DNA of 64,000 nucleotides from the NCBI GenBank assembly GCA_963744175.1, contig CAVUSQ010000002.1:62178-126177 (forward strand). The letters are read 5' to 3'. Source of the stretch: Bryobacterales bacterium. Its GTDB lineage: Bacteria > Acidobacteriota > Terriglobia > Bryobacterales > Bryobacteraceae. Of the stretch, positions 1 to 11,895 are shown piece by piece. Every line of letters starts with the position of its first letter. Position 1 is the first letter of the stretch. A model generated the notes under the pieces. The model did not search any database, had not been told where the DNA came from, and was given only the letters and a program-made list of their open reading frames with translations. The translations under genes were made by a program, and so were the position numbers.

Positions 1-806
1 GAGATATACCAGGCAGAGCCATTGTCGGCAACGAACATTCCGTACGTTTTCAGGGCTTGCAGGATAACCTGAACGTCAGTCGGGAAACCGGAAATATCGA
101 AAGTCGCGCGCAAGCGGAAACGTTGACCCATGGCTGGATACGCTGTACTCGTGAGGCTCGAAGCATAGTGCCGCGCGGGCCAGACGAACGCGTCGAGAGT
201 CTGAGGGACGGTGAGCCGGATGGCGTGCTGGATGACTCCCGCGGCAACTTCATCGTATTTCACCAAGCCCGGAAAAACCGGGAGGCCCGCGGCGTCGGCC
301 GAGGTCCAACTGGCGGGCCGCAAGGTATTCGAGTTGAGGTTAAAGATAGCGCCGGAGCCAGCCTGCCAACTCGCGGCTAGCGGCGTGGCGCTCCACAGTT
401 CGTAGAGAATGCAGTTACTGGTATCGACCGCGATGGCATGGCGGTCCCCGGTGCTTGCGCTGCCGCCTTCAATGGGGGCGGTGAGCGGGATGGCGTAAGG
501 GCCGGGATCGCTTTCGCTGGCGTATTGAAAGGCCGCGGGGTATTTTGTTTGCGTTCCGGGAACAGTGATAAAGGGGATGCCAATGGGTCCGCCGTCCCAG
601 AGACCGGAGCCGAAATCGGCGTGCAAAGTGACGTTGACGCCAATGGTTCCGACCAGGGTGGACGAATTAGCGGCTACGGGGAGTTGGTTGACGGGAGCAT
701 TCCAAACATTGTTCGCGGGTAGGACAGGGCAGCTTCCGATGGTGGGCTGCGCGCACATGGAGCCGGCGAAAATCAGCAGTGCGGGCGAGACGAAACGAAG
801 CTTCAC
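1..806 (-). CDS. Secreted hypothetical protein (start inside window, 3' end runs off the left edge)
   Basis: Absent from the ORF track because no stop lies in the window. Reverse strand from GTG 806-804 (AAGGTGG SD 5 nt upstream) is open to position 1: VKLRFVSPALLIFAGSMCAQP (signal-peptide-like) ...GDRHAIAVDTSNCILYELW... No family recognised. Confidence 0.6.
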   Translation of the reverse strand, partial: MKLRFVSPALLIFAGSMCAQPTIGSCPVLPANNVWNAPVNQLPVAANSSTLVGTIGVNVTLHADFGSGLWDGGPIGIPFITVPGTQTKYPAAFQYASESDPGPYAIPLTAPIEGGSASTGDRHAIAVDTSNCILYELWSATPLAASWQAGSGAIFNLNSNTLRPASWTSADAAGLPVFPGLVKYDEVAAGVIQHAIRLTVPQTLDAFVWPARHYASSLTSTAYPAMGQRFRLRATFDISGFPTDVQVILQALKTYGMFVADNGSAWYI

Positions 807-908
807 AGCCACCACCTTATTCAATGTGAACGCATTGCTGGAGTCGAGTCAACCAGGGGTTCGCCTGAGAAGCCGGCGCGAGTCGCTTTAAGAAGAGGTA
901 AAGCGGGG

Positions 909-937
909 TTGACAAGACGAATAATCCGGCGCATAAT
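909..937 (+). promoter_or_regulatory. Sigma70-like promoter upstream of the PadR-ADOP module
   Basis: TTGACA (909-914), 17-nt spacer, CATAAT (932-937). The -10 box ends 18 nt before the ATG at 956. Consensus match by eye only. Confidence 0.4.
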
Positions 938-955
938 CGCTCCTATCAAGCGTCT

Positions 956-1291
956 ATGGGAGTAAAGTACACGGGCGAGATGGTGCAGGGCACGCTGGAT
1001 ATGCTGGTCCTGAAAACGTTGACCCGCGGACCGATGCACGGGTATGGGATCGCCGAGTTCATTAAACAGGTTTCTGAGGAGGTGCTGCGCGTCGAGGAAG
1101 GATCGCTCTATCCGGCGCTACATCGGCTGGAGCTCGACGGGTTCATCGATTCCGAATGGGGGCAATCGGCGAATAACCGCCGGGCGAAATATTACCGGCT
1201 GACGGCGCGGGGCCGAAAACAGTTCTCAAAGGAGGCGAGCCACTGGAAACAGCTCGCACAAGCCATCACCAGGGTAATGGAGATCACGTGA
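956..1291 (+). CDS. PadR-family transcriptional regulator
   Basis: 111-aa ORF. GTLDMLVLKTLTRGPMHGYGIAEFIKQ...EGSLYPALHRLELDGFIDSEWGQSANNRRAKYYRLT is the PadR winged-helix signature. Its stop overlaps the next gene start (GTGA at 1288-1291). Confidence 0.9.
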   Translation: MGVKYTGEMVQGTLDMLVLKTLTRGPMHGYGIAEFIKQVSEEVLRVEEGSLYPALHRLELDGFIDSEWGQSANNRRAKYYRLTARGRKQFSKEASHWKQLAQAITRVMEIT

Positions 1292-3820
1292 GATTTTTCA
1301 AAAGACTATTACACCGGCGGCGGCTGGATCGCGATCTCGACGAAGAGCTGCGGTTTCATCTCGAAATGAGCGGGAATCCGCGTGGGTTCGGTAATGCGAC
1401 GCAGATCAAAGAAGTGTGCCGGGACATGTGGAGTTTCGTGTTCTTGGAATCGATGTGGCAGGATTTTCGGTATGCGCTGCGCATGCTGGCGAAGAGTCCG
1501 GGCGTGACCACTGCGGCGATTGCCGCGCTTGCGCTGGGCATCGGGGCGAACACCACGGTCTATACCATCGTGAGTAAGGCGCTGAATTTCAACATTGGCA
1601 TCGATCATCCCGAGCGGCTGGTGCTGATCGAGATCGACCGCGCGCACATGGCGCAGACTTTCGAAGAATCTGTTCGATCCGCGGGTGTTGCGGTGCAGGT
1701 TAAATCGCTCGATCTGATCGGTGCGTTCCGGTACGGGCCGGTAAACCTAAGCGCATCGGGGGCCTTGCCGGACCGCTATTTATGTTTCGAAATTTCGGCA
1801 TCGGGATTTCAGATTATTGGACGCGCTCCCATGCTTGGACGCGTCTTCACTCCGGAAGACGAGCGCACCGGTGCGCCAGTTCTCATGCTGAGCCACGGCG
1901 TCTGGCAGGATCGCTTTGGCGGCGATCCGTCGGTGATCGGGAAAACGGTTCGCATCGATGAGGTGCCTGCGTACGATTGTCGGCGTGATGCCTCGCCGGC
2001 ATGCGGTTCCCGGAAGATACATCGCTGTGGATTCCCTTTTCGCTGGCCGCAGGCGCGCGACCTCCGATGCTGATCGGGAGGCTCGCGGGCGGCGTGAAGG
2101 TGGCGGCGGCACGCAGTGAGATTGAAGCGCTGGCTCGCAGTCTGATCGGCCCGGGTCCTAAGACTTCCGCGGGTCCGATCGTGGATGTGCGAGCCGATGA
2201 TGATGCTCTACGGCGTGTACGCGTCGCGTCCATTATTCCTGGCGCAGCTCGTCGCGGTTACATTTGTGCTGTTGATTGCGTGCGCCGATGTCGCCAATCT
2301 TCTACTGGGGCGGGCGGCGGTTCGAGCGCGGGAAATTTCAATCCGCATGGCGATCGGGGCGGGACGCGCGCGGATCCTGCGTCAGCTTCTGGTCGAAAGC
2401 GCAGTGCTGGCGATGGCCGGCGGATTTCTCGGATGGCTGGTCGCTCTGGGAGGACTGCGCTGGTTCGAGCATGCTACGGCGACGCTGCACCGGCCAGCCT
2501 GGATGGATTTTTCGATGGACGCCCGAGTGTTGATTTATTTTGCGGCCATCACGCTCGCGACCAGCGTCCTGTTTGGATTGGCTCCGGCGCTGCGGCTGGC
2601 TCGCGTGGATGTGAACCATACCATCAAGGAGGGGGGACAGGGAGCGTCGGGCGGGACACGTGGACGTTCGATTGGCAATGTTCTGGTCGCGTTCGAAATG
2701 GCGCTTGTGCGTGATTCTGCTGGCCGGCGCGGGCTTGCTGATCCGCAGCTCGCTCAATGTGTATCGCGCGCCGATTGGGCGTGGACCCGTCAAACGTCCT
2801 GACCATGCAAATTAATTTGCCGGAGGCGAAGTATCGGCGGGATGAAGACCAGGTCGCATTTCATGAACAGCTCAAAGGCAAGCTCGAATCGCTTCCCGGC
2901 GTGGAGAGTGTCGCGCTCGCGTCCGCGATGCCCACATCGGGATATTGGTATGGGTCGAGTCACTTGCGAGCTGGAAGGGTCCGGCCTTGCGATTCCGGCG
3001 GTCGAGCGAACTGACGGTCAGCGCGAATTATTTTCGCGTGATGCGCACGGAATTGCTGCGGGGGCGCGCGTTCCACGCGCGCGAAACGGATGCGGTGATG
3101 GTCAACGAGGCATTCGCGCGAGAGTTTTTCGCGGGAGAAGATCTTCTCGGGAAGCACATGCGCGTCGGGTCGGCGATGGCTCACAATCGTCGGAATCGCT
3201 GGGGATATTCAACAGGATTATCGGCGTCCGGCTGAGCGCGAGCCGTTAATATTCGCGCTTACGACGCGGGTCCTCAGCGTGCGATGTTCCTGGCTGCGCG
3301 CACGCGTGTGTCGCCCGCAGGTCTGGCCGAAGCGTTTCGACGCGAGTTGGCGAAACTGGACGAAAATCTTCCGGCATTTGACATTCGCACGCTCGAGACT
3401 CGAGATCGCACAAAATCGCTTGAACGTCGGAGCGATCTGCGTGCTGCTTGACGATTTTCGCGGGAATCGCCCTGGTGATGGCGTTTGTCGGATTGTACGC
3501 GGTGGTGGCGCACGCGGTGAGCCAGCGGACGCAGGAAATCGGAATCCGCATTGCGATGGGTGCGGCTCCGCGCGACATTCTCGGCATGGTGTTTGTGCAG
3601 GGCTTGCGGCCGGTCGCGCTGGGGCTGCTGGTGGGATTGCCCGCCGCAGTGGGCGTGGGCCGTGTGTTGAGGGTGGCGCTGGTAGGCGTTTCAACAAACG
3701 ATCCGGTGACTTTCGCGGGGGTGATCCTAACATCTGGTGGGCGCGTGTGTTCTGGGGTGCGCAATACCGGCGCGGCGCGCGGTGCGAGTGGATCCGGTGA
3801 TCGCGCTGCGGCGTGATTAG
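1288..3820 (+). pseudogene. ADOP-family (MacB_PCD + duplicated FtsX) ABC permease, heavily frameshifted
   Basis: Track fragments 1288..2073, 2001..2714, 2185..2802, 2757..3014, 2945..3235, 3279..3800 (part) and 3448..3816 tile one permease. Landmarks: LDEELRFHLEM leader, LIACADVANLLLGRA..REISIRMAIGAGR, QRTQEIGIRIAMGAAPRDIL, and a C-terminus RVDPVIALRRD* with TAG at 3818-3820. The reading frame changes at least 10 times. Confidence 0.85.
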
Positions 3821-3828
3821 CGCTCCAA

Positions 3829-5132
3829 CTACCGCAGAGCGCCGATCGTATACTCGAGCACGGCATACTGGCTCTGATAATCGTACTTTGCGCTGAGATT
3901 CTCGATCTCCGCTTGAGTCAGGTTCAACTCCGCCTGAGTCAACTCCGACGATGGAAGAGAGGCCGAGATTATAGCGGCCTCTGCGCAAGATCGAGCGCCA
4001 GTGCGGCTTGCCGGAGAAATTGAGCGGTCACGTCGATCCGTTGAAACGCGGTGATTGCGCCGCCGTAAGCCACCCGCACGTCGCGAGCAATGATCTGCTG
4101 CTGGTTGCGAAGTCGCTGGTCCGACTCCATCGCCCGCTGATGAGCTGCTTCGCGCCGCGCTGAAAACAAGTGACCGTTGAAGACGGGAATATTGACGTTC
4201 GCGGCAATGCCCTCGTATTCGGCAGGGATCGGCGCAGTGGCGGGGGTGTTGATGTAGGGAATGAATCCGCCCACGGCTTCTACGCTCACGGTGGGTCGCT
4301 TCAGATCCTTTTCAGCTTCGAAGAATTTGTAAGCAGCAGTCGCGCGAAAGACGAAGACTGGCTAGCTCGGGGCGGTTGCTGATGGCTTGTCGCGATCAGA
4401 TCGTCGGGCGTCGCCGGCGGACCGGCGGGAAGGGCTTCTTCGACGAATTGATAATTCGCAGGCTGATCGGAGCCAAGCGCGCGGCCCAATTCCGCGACCG
4501 CTCGCCTGGACGGCCTCTTGGCTCGGATCAGCAGCAGCTTGGCCTCGGAGACATTCACATCAGCGAAACTGACATCGAGCTGCGATTTGAGATTGTTTCT
4601 TGCCAGTTCAGTCACTTGATCGCTGAGGAGTCTGCCGGGCCTCGATGGTTTGTTGCGCCACCTTAATCACCGCCTGGGCGTGCAACACGTCGAAGTAGGC
4701 GCGATTGACTTGCAGCACTACGTCGTAACGCGTGGCTTGCAGAGTCTGCGTGGATGCTTGCGCCTGAAAACGCGCGCTCGCCACCAGGTTCGGAGTGCGG
4801 CCGGAATCGGTGACCAGTTGGTTGACAACAGCGCCCCGCCCGAACCGGTTGAACAGTCGGGAAGCAGTCAGTTCGCCCGCGCCGATTCGCGATAAGTCGT
4901 TAGCCTGCGATCCCGTAATTTCACCGTTAAGCGTCGGGTAATACGCCGCTCGATTGATAACAATTTGTTCGTGCGCGAAATTCGCTTCGTTCTGCGCGCC
5001 CTGGATCTGGGGATGGTTCTTGACAGCGATCGCGACTGCATCCTGTAGCGTAAGCTTCGGGGGAGATTGCGCGAAGGTCGGGCCTGCGGCCAGTGCGAAA
5101 AGGATAGGAAGCTTATTGATTCTGAGTGGCAT
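3829..5132 (-). pseudogene. TolC/OprM-like outer-membrane efflux protein, frameshifted
   Basis: Fragments 4608..5177, 4301..4615 and 3969..4289, plus a 3' piece ending LEYTIGALR* (TAG 3829-3831). Start placed at ATG 5132 (MPLRINKLPILFALAAGPTFAQ signal, AAAGGAA SD). At least 4 frame breaks. Confidence 0.75.
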
Positions 5133-8100
5133 TTCGTTCCTTTCTGCCGTAAACGAGAAGATAAGCGGCCGGAACAATGAACACGGTTAGAAGCACCGAT
5201 GAGGTCAGGCCGCCGATGATGGCGCGGGCCATGGGAGTGTACTGCTCCCCGCCCTCGCCCAGCTTCATCGCCATGGGAATCATGCCGATAATGGTTGCCA
5301 GTGACGTCATGAGAATGGGCCGCAGGCGAACTCTGCAGGCAGTGATCACGGCATCGGCAACTGACAAGCCCTGTTCTTCCAGCTTATGGGCGAAGTCGAC
5401 GATCAAGATGCTGTTGGAGTCGGCGATACCGATCAGCATCAGCACTCCCATCAGACGACATTACGTTAAGAGTCGTGTGCGTCAAAGGCAAAATAATCAG
5501 TACACCTACAAAGCCCATTGGAATCGCCAGCATGATCAGGAACGGATCGATCCAGGATTTGAATTGTGCAACCAGGATGAGGAATAAAAGAATGAATGAA
5601 ATGCCGAAGCCTAGCCCAAAACTCTTGAAAGATTCATCCATGCTATTGACCATGCCCCGCAGAGTCACGCGGATGTTGGAGGGAAGTTTAGCATCCTTTA
5701 TGGTCTCGAGGATGCCGGTGCGGAGTCTTGGCCAGATCCTCGCCAGAGGGAGTGACATAGATATCCACGACGCGCTGAATCTGATAATGATCGATTTCCG
5801 TAGGGGATTGTAGATTAACCAGTTTCACAACCGAATCGAGAGTCGTGGGGGTCTTTGCGTTGGGCGCCCGCAAAGGAATTTGCTTCAGGTCGATCAGGTT
5901 ATGAATGGCGTTTTTTCCGTGCTCGGCATACTGCACACTCAGGAAGTAATCGTTACCAGTCTTATAATCGACCCAGTAGTTAGGCGCAATCATGATGTTT
6001 GAATTCAGTGCCGTGATTACGTTATCCACCACATCTTTCTGAGTGAGTCCCAATTCCCCCGCGTGTACCCGATCGATGTCCAGTCGGACGGACGGGTAGT
6101 TCATGTCCTGCGGAATATAGATCTGATCGACACCGGGAAGCTGGCGAATGCGGCGCGCGAGATCTTGCGCAGTGGCGTAGGTCAGCTTGAGATCGCGGGT
6201 GTTAACCTGAACATCGATAGGCGCAGGCTGCCCCTGATTGAGGATCGCGTCCTGCATGGACCCGCTTTGGAAAGAACGTGCGAACATCCGGGAATTGTGC
6301 TGCCAAGTCCTTCTTGACGCGGTCCATATAAACGAAGCTGCTGCTCTCGTGTCCCTCATTCAGAGCTACTTGTACCGTGGCCATGTACATTCCAGCGTTC
6401 GTCGTATACAAGGAAGAAATATCGTTAACCACGCCGATATTCGAGAGAATCATCTTGAGATCCTTCGGGTCGATATCGTGGCGGATCAGGTCCTCTATCT
6501 TCGCCACGTAGTCGTTGGTAACCTCAATACGCGTGCCAGTGGGGACTTTGACGTTCACGGTAAACTGTCCGGCGTCGGTCTGGGGAAAGAACGCCCGGCC
6601 AAGCAGAGGATAGATCGCGAGACTCGCCACAAAGACTCCCAGGAGGAGCACCAGCGTAAGCGCCGGACGCTTTAGAGCCCGGCGGACCCATCGTTCATAC
6701 AGATCGAGCAGGCCGTTAAATTGGCGATTGAACCAGGCATTAAAACGGGCGCCCCAGGACTTGTCTTCAGGTGCGTCGGAATGTGACTCGCTTTCGCCGT
6801 GCGGCACGGCTTTCAAGAAACGGGAGCAGAACAGCGGGATCACTGTCATCGCGACCACAAACGACGCCAGCAGCGCCAGGCAGAAGGACAGCGCAAGCGC
6901 GGAGAACAGAAACTTACTGACACCGAACAACAGGGTCACCGGGAAGAAGTCGACTACATCGACCAGAGTCGCAGCCAGCACAGCCAGATTGACCTCGGCG
7001 CCGCCCATCGCTGCTGCGACGGCCGGCGTCGATCCCATTTCCAAATGACGATAGATGTTTTCGAGGGATATGACTGAGTTATCGATCACGCGAGAGAAGG
7101 CTAGCGCGAGACCGCTGAGGATCATCGTGTTGATGGTGCTTCCCATCATGAAGAGAACTACAAATGTAGCGAGCGCGGAAATCGGAATCGACAGCAACAC
7201 CGCGCCCGTGGCTCGCATGCTGCCCAGGAACACCAGAATCATGACGCTGGTCAGCACCAGACCGATAACACCTTCATGAAAGACCGTGTTTAATGCCTGT
7301 TTGACAAAGACGGATTGATCGAAGACGATATCGGTCTTCAACTGTGCCGGAAGATCGAACAGATGCTGGACCAAGCCCCGGACGTCGTTCACCACCTGAA
7401 TCGTATTGCTGTCGCCGCCCGATTTCATGATCGGAATATCGGCGGACTTCTGCCCGTCAATACGTACGATGTTGTATTGCAATTGACTGGCGTCTTTGGC
7501 TTCGCCTACGTCTCCGACAGTGACCCAGCGGGTCCCGACGGTTTTGATCGGGCACGTTGTCTAAGTCCTCGACATTTTCCACCAGGCTATTGGAATAGAC
7601 GTAATAGTCGCTGTTGCCGATCTTGACATCTCCGGCGGGCAGGATGAGATTGCTGTTGTTCACCGCGTCGACCACATCCATCACACTCATTTGCCGGGAA
7701 AGCAGTTTGTAAGGATCGACGTAGATCATCGCCTGCCGGTACTTGCCGCCGAACACCGCCGGGATTTCAGAACCTTTCACTACAGCGATTTGATTGCGTA
7801 TTTGAAACTGGGCCAGATCGTGAAGCTGGGTTTCATTCAGTCCTTCGCCCTTGACGGTAACCAGGCACACGGGAAGACTGGAGGCGTCGGATTTCAGTAC
7901 CAGTGGAGGCAAAGTTCCGGGCGGCAGGCGTTTCAAATCGGCGAGTGCAAGATTCGATAACTGGGTCACGTCCGCATCCGCGTCCGTTCCAGGTTGAAAG
8001 TAAGCCTTGATAATGCTCACGCCGAGCAGGGAGCGGGACTCCATGTGATCCATACCACTTGCCTGGGTGAAGAAGCGCTCCAGCGGATTGGTAATATCGA

Positions 8101-8275
8101 CTTCAATGTCTTGCGGCGGCATCCCGCTATAAAAGGTCGCCACGACCACTACCGGCAAGTTAATCGGCGGAAACAGATCGACCGGCATCCGCGACATGGC
8201 GTTGATACCGATGACGGCCAGAGCCAGACAGATCACGACAATGAAATAGGGATTGCGGATTGAAAAACCTGGCAT
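5113..8275 (-). pseudogene. RND (AcrB/HAE1-type) efflux pump inner-membrane subunit, frameshifted
   Basis: Fragments 7457..8275, 6202..7482, 5688..6359, 5384..5758 and 5113..5451 tile an AcrB-like protein (MPGFSIRNPYFIVVICLALAVIGINAMSRMPVDLFPPINLPVV...). At least 4 frame breaks, one at a CCC/GGG run near 7556. Confidence 0.9.
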
Positions 8276-8288
8276 GGGCGATTCCTCG

Positions 8289-9623
8289 CTAGTGCTGCTC
8301 TTCGGGGCTGTCGATATTGCATCAGGTCGAGCGATTTGGGCTGAACCACCTGGCCGGCTTTCAGACTGCTCCGGTCACTGACCACCACCATGTCACCTTC
8401 CTTCAATCCGGAGAGTACTTCCGCATCGGTCGCAGTCTGGATACCCAACACAACGGAGCGGATTTCTATCTTGTTGGACGCATCGACCACGTCCACCGTC
8501 GTCCCATTCGCGGTGTGGTCCACGGCCTGAAGAGGTACCGCCAGCGCATCCTGCTTTATGCTCCAGTTGAATCGTCGCATCGGCGTAAAGCCCCGGCAGC
8601 AGCACGCGCTGTGGATTCGGGACATCCACTTCCGTATGCATCGTGCGGGTGTCTTCCCGTACATCGACGGAGAAGCGCGCTATTTTCCCCGGGAAGGTCC
8701 GATCGAGCGATGAGACCTTCACGCTCACCGGATCGCCGACGTGAATGTATTTGACATAGGTCTCCGGCACCGGAATCACCAGGCGAAAAAGATCGTCCTC
8801 GGAGAGCCGGACGATCGGCATCGCCTGGGTGCTGGAACTGGTTCCGGCCTGCACCAACGCTCCGAGATTGGCGAACCGCTGGGTGATCACTCCGGCGAAA
8901 GGCGCGGTAATTTTGGTATAGTCGAACAAATCCTGATCGTGCTCCCGCTTGGCTTGTGGCAGCGCCAGCGCGCTTTGGGCTGATTGCAGATTCGACTCGC
9001 GAGCCTTCCACTTGCGCGGCCGACGCCAAGGCTCTCGCCTTCAGAATCATCCACTTCCTGCTGGGCGACCAATCCGGGCTTCGATTTCGCGACGTTGTTC
9101 AGTCGATCGAACTGTAGCTGCATCACTTTGTGCTGCGCTTCGACGCGGCCCAATTCGTTTTGGGCGTGCGTAATCTGCTCGCTCGCGTTCTTGATCGCGG
9201 CGTCGTCCTGCCGCAATTGCGACTGCAGTTCGGGAATCTCCAGAGTGGCAATGAGTTGACCCTTCTGCACGTGGGTTCCGTAGTCGACGGGAGATCCTTG
9301 ATATAGCCGGACTCTTTGGCATAGACATCGATTTCCTGGAACGGGACAAGCTCGGAAGACAGCGTCAAGGTCCTCGCCAGTGGCTTCCTGCCGATCTTGA
9401 CAACGCCGACGGAAACCTCAATCGAGCCACCAGCACCGGGATCCCTGGCTTGCACTTTTTCTGTGTTGCCGCAGGAGACCACGACACTCGCCGCAAGGAC
9501 GATTAGGCCAAAGCACACTTTCTTATTTCGGCTCAACGAGGCCTCCAAGGAAGATCGCAGTTCCCTGGCCATTGCCGCAGGCGCTTCGCCAACTCCTCCA
9601 ACGAGAACCCTGAAGAACGGCAA
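8289..9623 (-). pseudogene. RND efflux periplasmic adaptor (membrane fusion protein), frameshifted
   Basis: Fragments 9123..9623, 8887..9270, 8556..9050 (part), 8393..8929 and 8233..8664. Lipoprotein-like N-terminus LAASVVVSCGN. Adaptor motifs: TLEIPELQSQLRQDDAAIKNA (coiled coil) and FDYTKITAPFAGVITQRFANLGALV. Probable end ...PEEQH* (TAG 8289-8291). At least 5 frame breaks. The true start may be the internal Met at 9572. Confidence 0.8.
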
Positions 9624-10265
9624 AAATCAGTCAAGCTCTCGCTCCTCGGCGAGTATCTTGGTAGCCTCTGCCGGTATATCCGCGACAAGCTCCAGCGGAA
9701 CGTTGAGGACCCCATGGCGGTCGCCGTGAAGCAAATCCCCGGAACGAATTTTCAATCCGCCAATCTCGACCGGTTCGCCGAAATCGATGATGTGGGCATA
9801 GGAGTGAGAAACCGAGAGATTCCCGCGAAAACAATTGAAAATTCAAAGCTTTTATCGCCGGAAGGTCGCGCACGGCTCCATTGGTGACGCATCCCACGCA
9901 ATCCAGAGCAAGGGCGATCGAGGCATGAATTTCACCTACAAATGCTCCTAGCCCCGGTTTACCGTCGGCGTCCTGCACCACGATTACCCTTGGCTTGGGT
10001 AGAGATGCCACATAGTGTCCACCAATCCATGCGGTCATAGTAACAGCGATGGGTCATCGGCGGAGACACGGTTCGAATTCGTCCCGTCGCGGCGTAACCG
10101 ACCATCGGAGGCAGATCCGGGAACCGGCAGCGCACCGCGCCGGGAAATGAATCCCTCATTTCGCAGCCGGGCGCTCAGTCTTTCGATCGCGTTCGAGACG
10201 GTACAGGTATCGAATGCTCGCAAACTTTCTAGATCCACGGCAGAGAGACCTTTGCGCGAACTCAT
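9533..10265 (-). pseudogene. RraA-family (RraA / HMG-CHA aldolase-like) protein, frameshifted
   Basis: Fragments 10035..10265 (DLESLRAFDTCTVSNAIERL), 9959..10159, 9631..10038 (VVQDADGKPGLGAFVGEIHASIALALDCVGCVTNGAVRDL) and 9533..9715 tile one RraA-like protein. At least 3 frame breaks. The 3' end is uncertain. Confidence 0.55.
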
Positions 10266-10452
10266 TTGTTTCCAGTTTTACAAATGGGGCCGATTAGCCT
10301 AGAAACGGATTGAGACATGACAAGAGGGTGCTACTTCAATAACATACGACGGAATTGCATAATCCTGACATACCATCGTCTTGGTATTTTTGGACAAAAA
10401 ACGTAGTAGACAGCTTAGATTTAGTAGAGATTCGAGTTAGGATTGAGGAAAG

Positions 10453-11895
10453 ATGAGTAAAATCGACGTGGCGAATTCCGAGCAAGCCAGCCGGGTACTT
10501 TTCAGAAGTTCCCGCATGGCTCTGGTCCTCGGATTTGGAGGTCTCATATCGATAATGGCTCTGGCTGGAATCGACGCGCTGCGATCGCTGCAGCAGTTTC
10601 GCAGGAGCGACGACCAGATCAGACGGCATTATCTTTCTCAAAACCATGTCCTGAACGACATTCGTTCCGATGTACATGTTTCGGGCACTTATGTCCGGGA
10701 CTACCTGCTGGAGCCTGACCGCCAGCGGGGCGAAGCCTATCGGAAAGGTCTCGAAGACTTGAGAAAGCATATGGAGTCGGCGCTTGAATCCTACGGCCAG
10801 CAAGTGGCACCCCCTGAAATGGAGCACTATAAAGCGCTCCGTACAAAGCTGACCGACTACTGGGAAATCCTGACGCCGATCTTCACATGGGACACGGCGG
10901 AGCGGCGGCGCTCCGGCTACGCCTTTCTGCGGGACGAGGTGTTCCCGCGCCGTCAGAATATGCTGGCCATCGCCGATCAGATCGCCAACATCAACGAGCA
11001 GCAATTGACTTCTGGAAACAACCAGGTGGTCGGCCTCCTGCTGAAATTTCAAGCTCGCCTCGTGATAACGTTAGTCGCGGCGCTGGCCCTCGGATTCGGA
11101 TTGGCCGCACTCACGATGTACAGAATTCTGAAACTCGAGGCGCAGGTACATACGCGGTTTGAGGAGGCGACCGAGGCCCGGAGTGAACTGAAGGACTTGT
11201 CGGCGCGTCTGGTCCAGGCCCAGGAAATGGAGCGGCGCGCGCTCTCCCGCGAGCTACATGATGAGGTTGGCCAGTCGCTTTCAGCAGTTTTGATAGAGCT
11301 GCGGAATTTATCGGTTGGACTCGCGACCAAACCCAAAGAGCTTTTGAGCGAACATGTCGAAACCATAAAGACTTTGGTGGAGGGAATGATCCGGGTGGTT
11401 CGTAATATGGCGCTGCTTCTAAGGCCCTCCATGTTAGATGATTTGGGCTTGATTCCGGCCCTGAAATGGCAGGCGCGTGAAGTTTCCAGGCGCACCTCTA
11501 TTGACGCGAGCGTTTCGGCTGAGTTAATTTCCGATGACTTTCCGGATGAGTATAAAACCTGTATCTATCGGGTAGTTCAAGAAGCGCTTCACAACGTTTC
11601 GAGTCATGCTCACGCCGGCAGTGTCCGCATCCGCGTACAGCAGGAACGAGACCGGCTGAGTCTCTTGATCCAGGACGATGGCCAAGGCTTTGACAGCAAG
11701 CAGGTGAAAGGACTGGGATTACTGGGAATCCAAGAACGCGTCACTCGATTAGGCGGGACTTGCACCGTACACTCAACGCCGGGGAGCGGAACGATACTCG
11801 CCATAGAGCTACCGTTTAGTGGCGCACCATTCAACTCTAAGACAAGCAGTATGAGTGAGGAAATGCGTGAAACAAATTCGCATCCTGTTGGCTGA
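10453..11895 (+). CDS. Sensor histidine kinase, HisKA_3 (NarX/LiaS-class) with periplasmic sensor region
   Basis: 480 aa. Two hydrophobic segments flank a ~170-aa region, followed by a coiled coil. H-box LSRELHDEVGQSLSAV; HATPase_c motifs DDGQGFD and GLGLLGIQERV. SD GAGGAAAG before ATG 10453. Confidence 0.9.
   Translation: MSKIDVANSEQASRVLFRSSRMALVLGFGGLISIMALAGIDALRSLQQFRRSDDQIRRHYLSQNHVLNDIRSDVHVSGTYVRDYLLEPDRQRGEAYRKGLEDLRKHMESALESYGQQVAPPEMEHYKALRTKLTDYWEILTPIFTWDTAERRRSGYAFLRDEVFPRRQNMLAIADQIANINEQQLTSGNNQVVGLLLKFQARLVITLVAALALGFGLAALTMYRILKLEAQVHTRFEEATEARSELKDLSARLVQAQEMERRALSRELHDEVGQSLSAVLIELRNLSVGLATKPKELLSEHVETIKTLVEGMIRVVRNMALLLRPSMLDDLGLIPALKWQAREVSRRTSIDASVSAELISDDFPDEYKTCIYRVVQEALHNVSSHAHAGSVRIRVQQERDRLSLLIQDDGQGFDSKQVKGLGLLGIQERVTRLGGTCTVHSTPGSGTILAIELPFSGAPFNSKTSSMSEEMRETNSHPVG

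Noticed and set aside
3218-3988. 256-aa and 206-aa minus-strand ORFs
   Set aside because: They are antisense to the 3' part of the decayed ADOP permease. Only the short 3' piece (about 3829-3990) belongs to the TolC-like pseudogene.
10336-11052. 238-aa minus-strand ORF
   Set aside because: It is antisense to the histidine kinase sensor region and extends into the AT-rich promoter spacer. It has no motifs.
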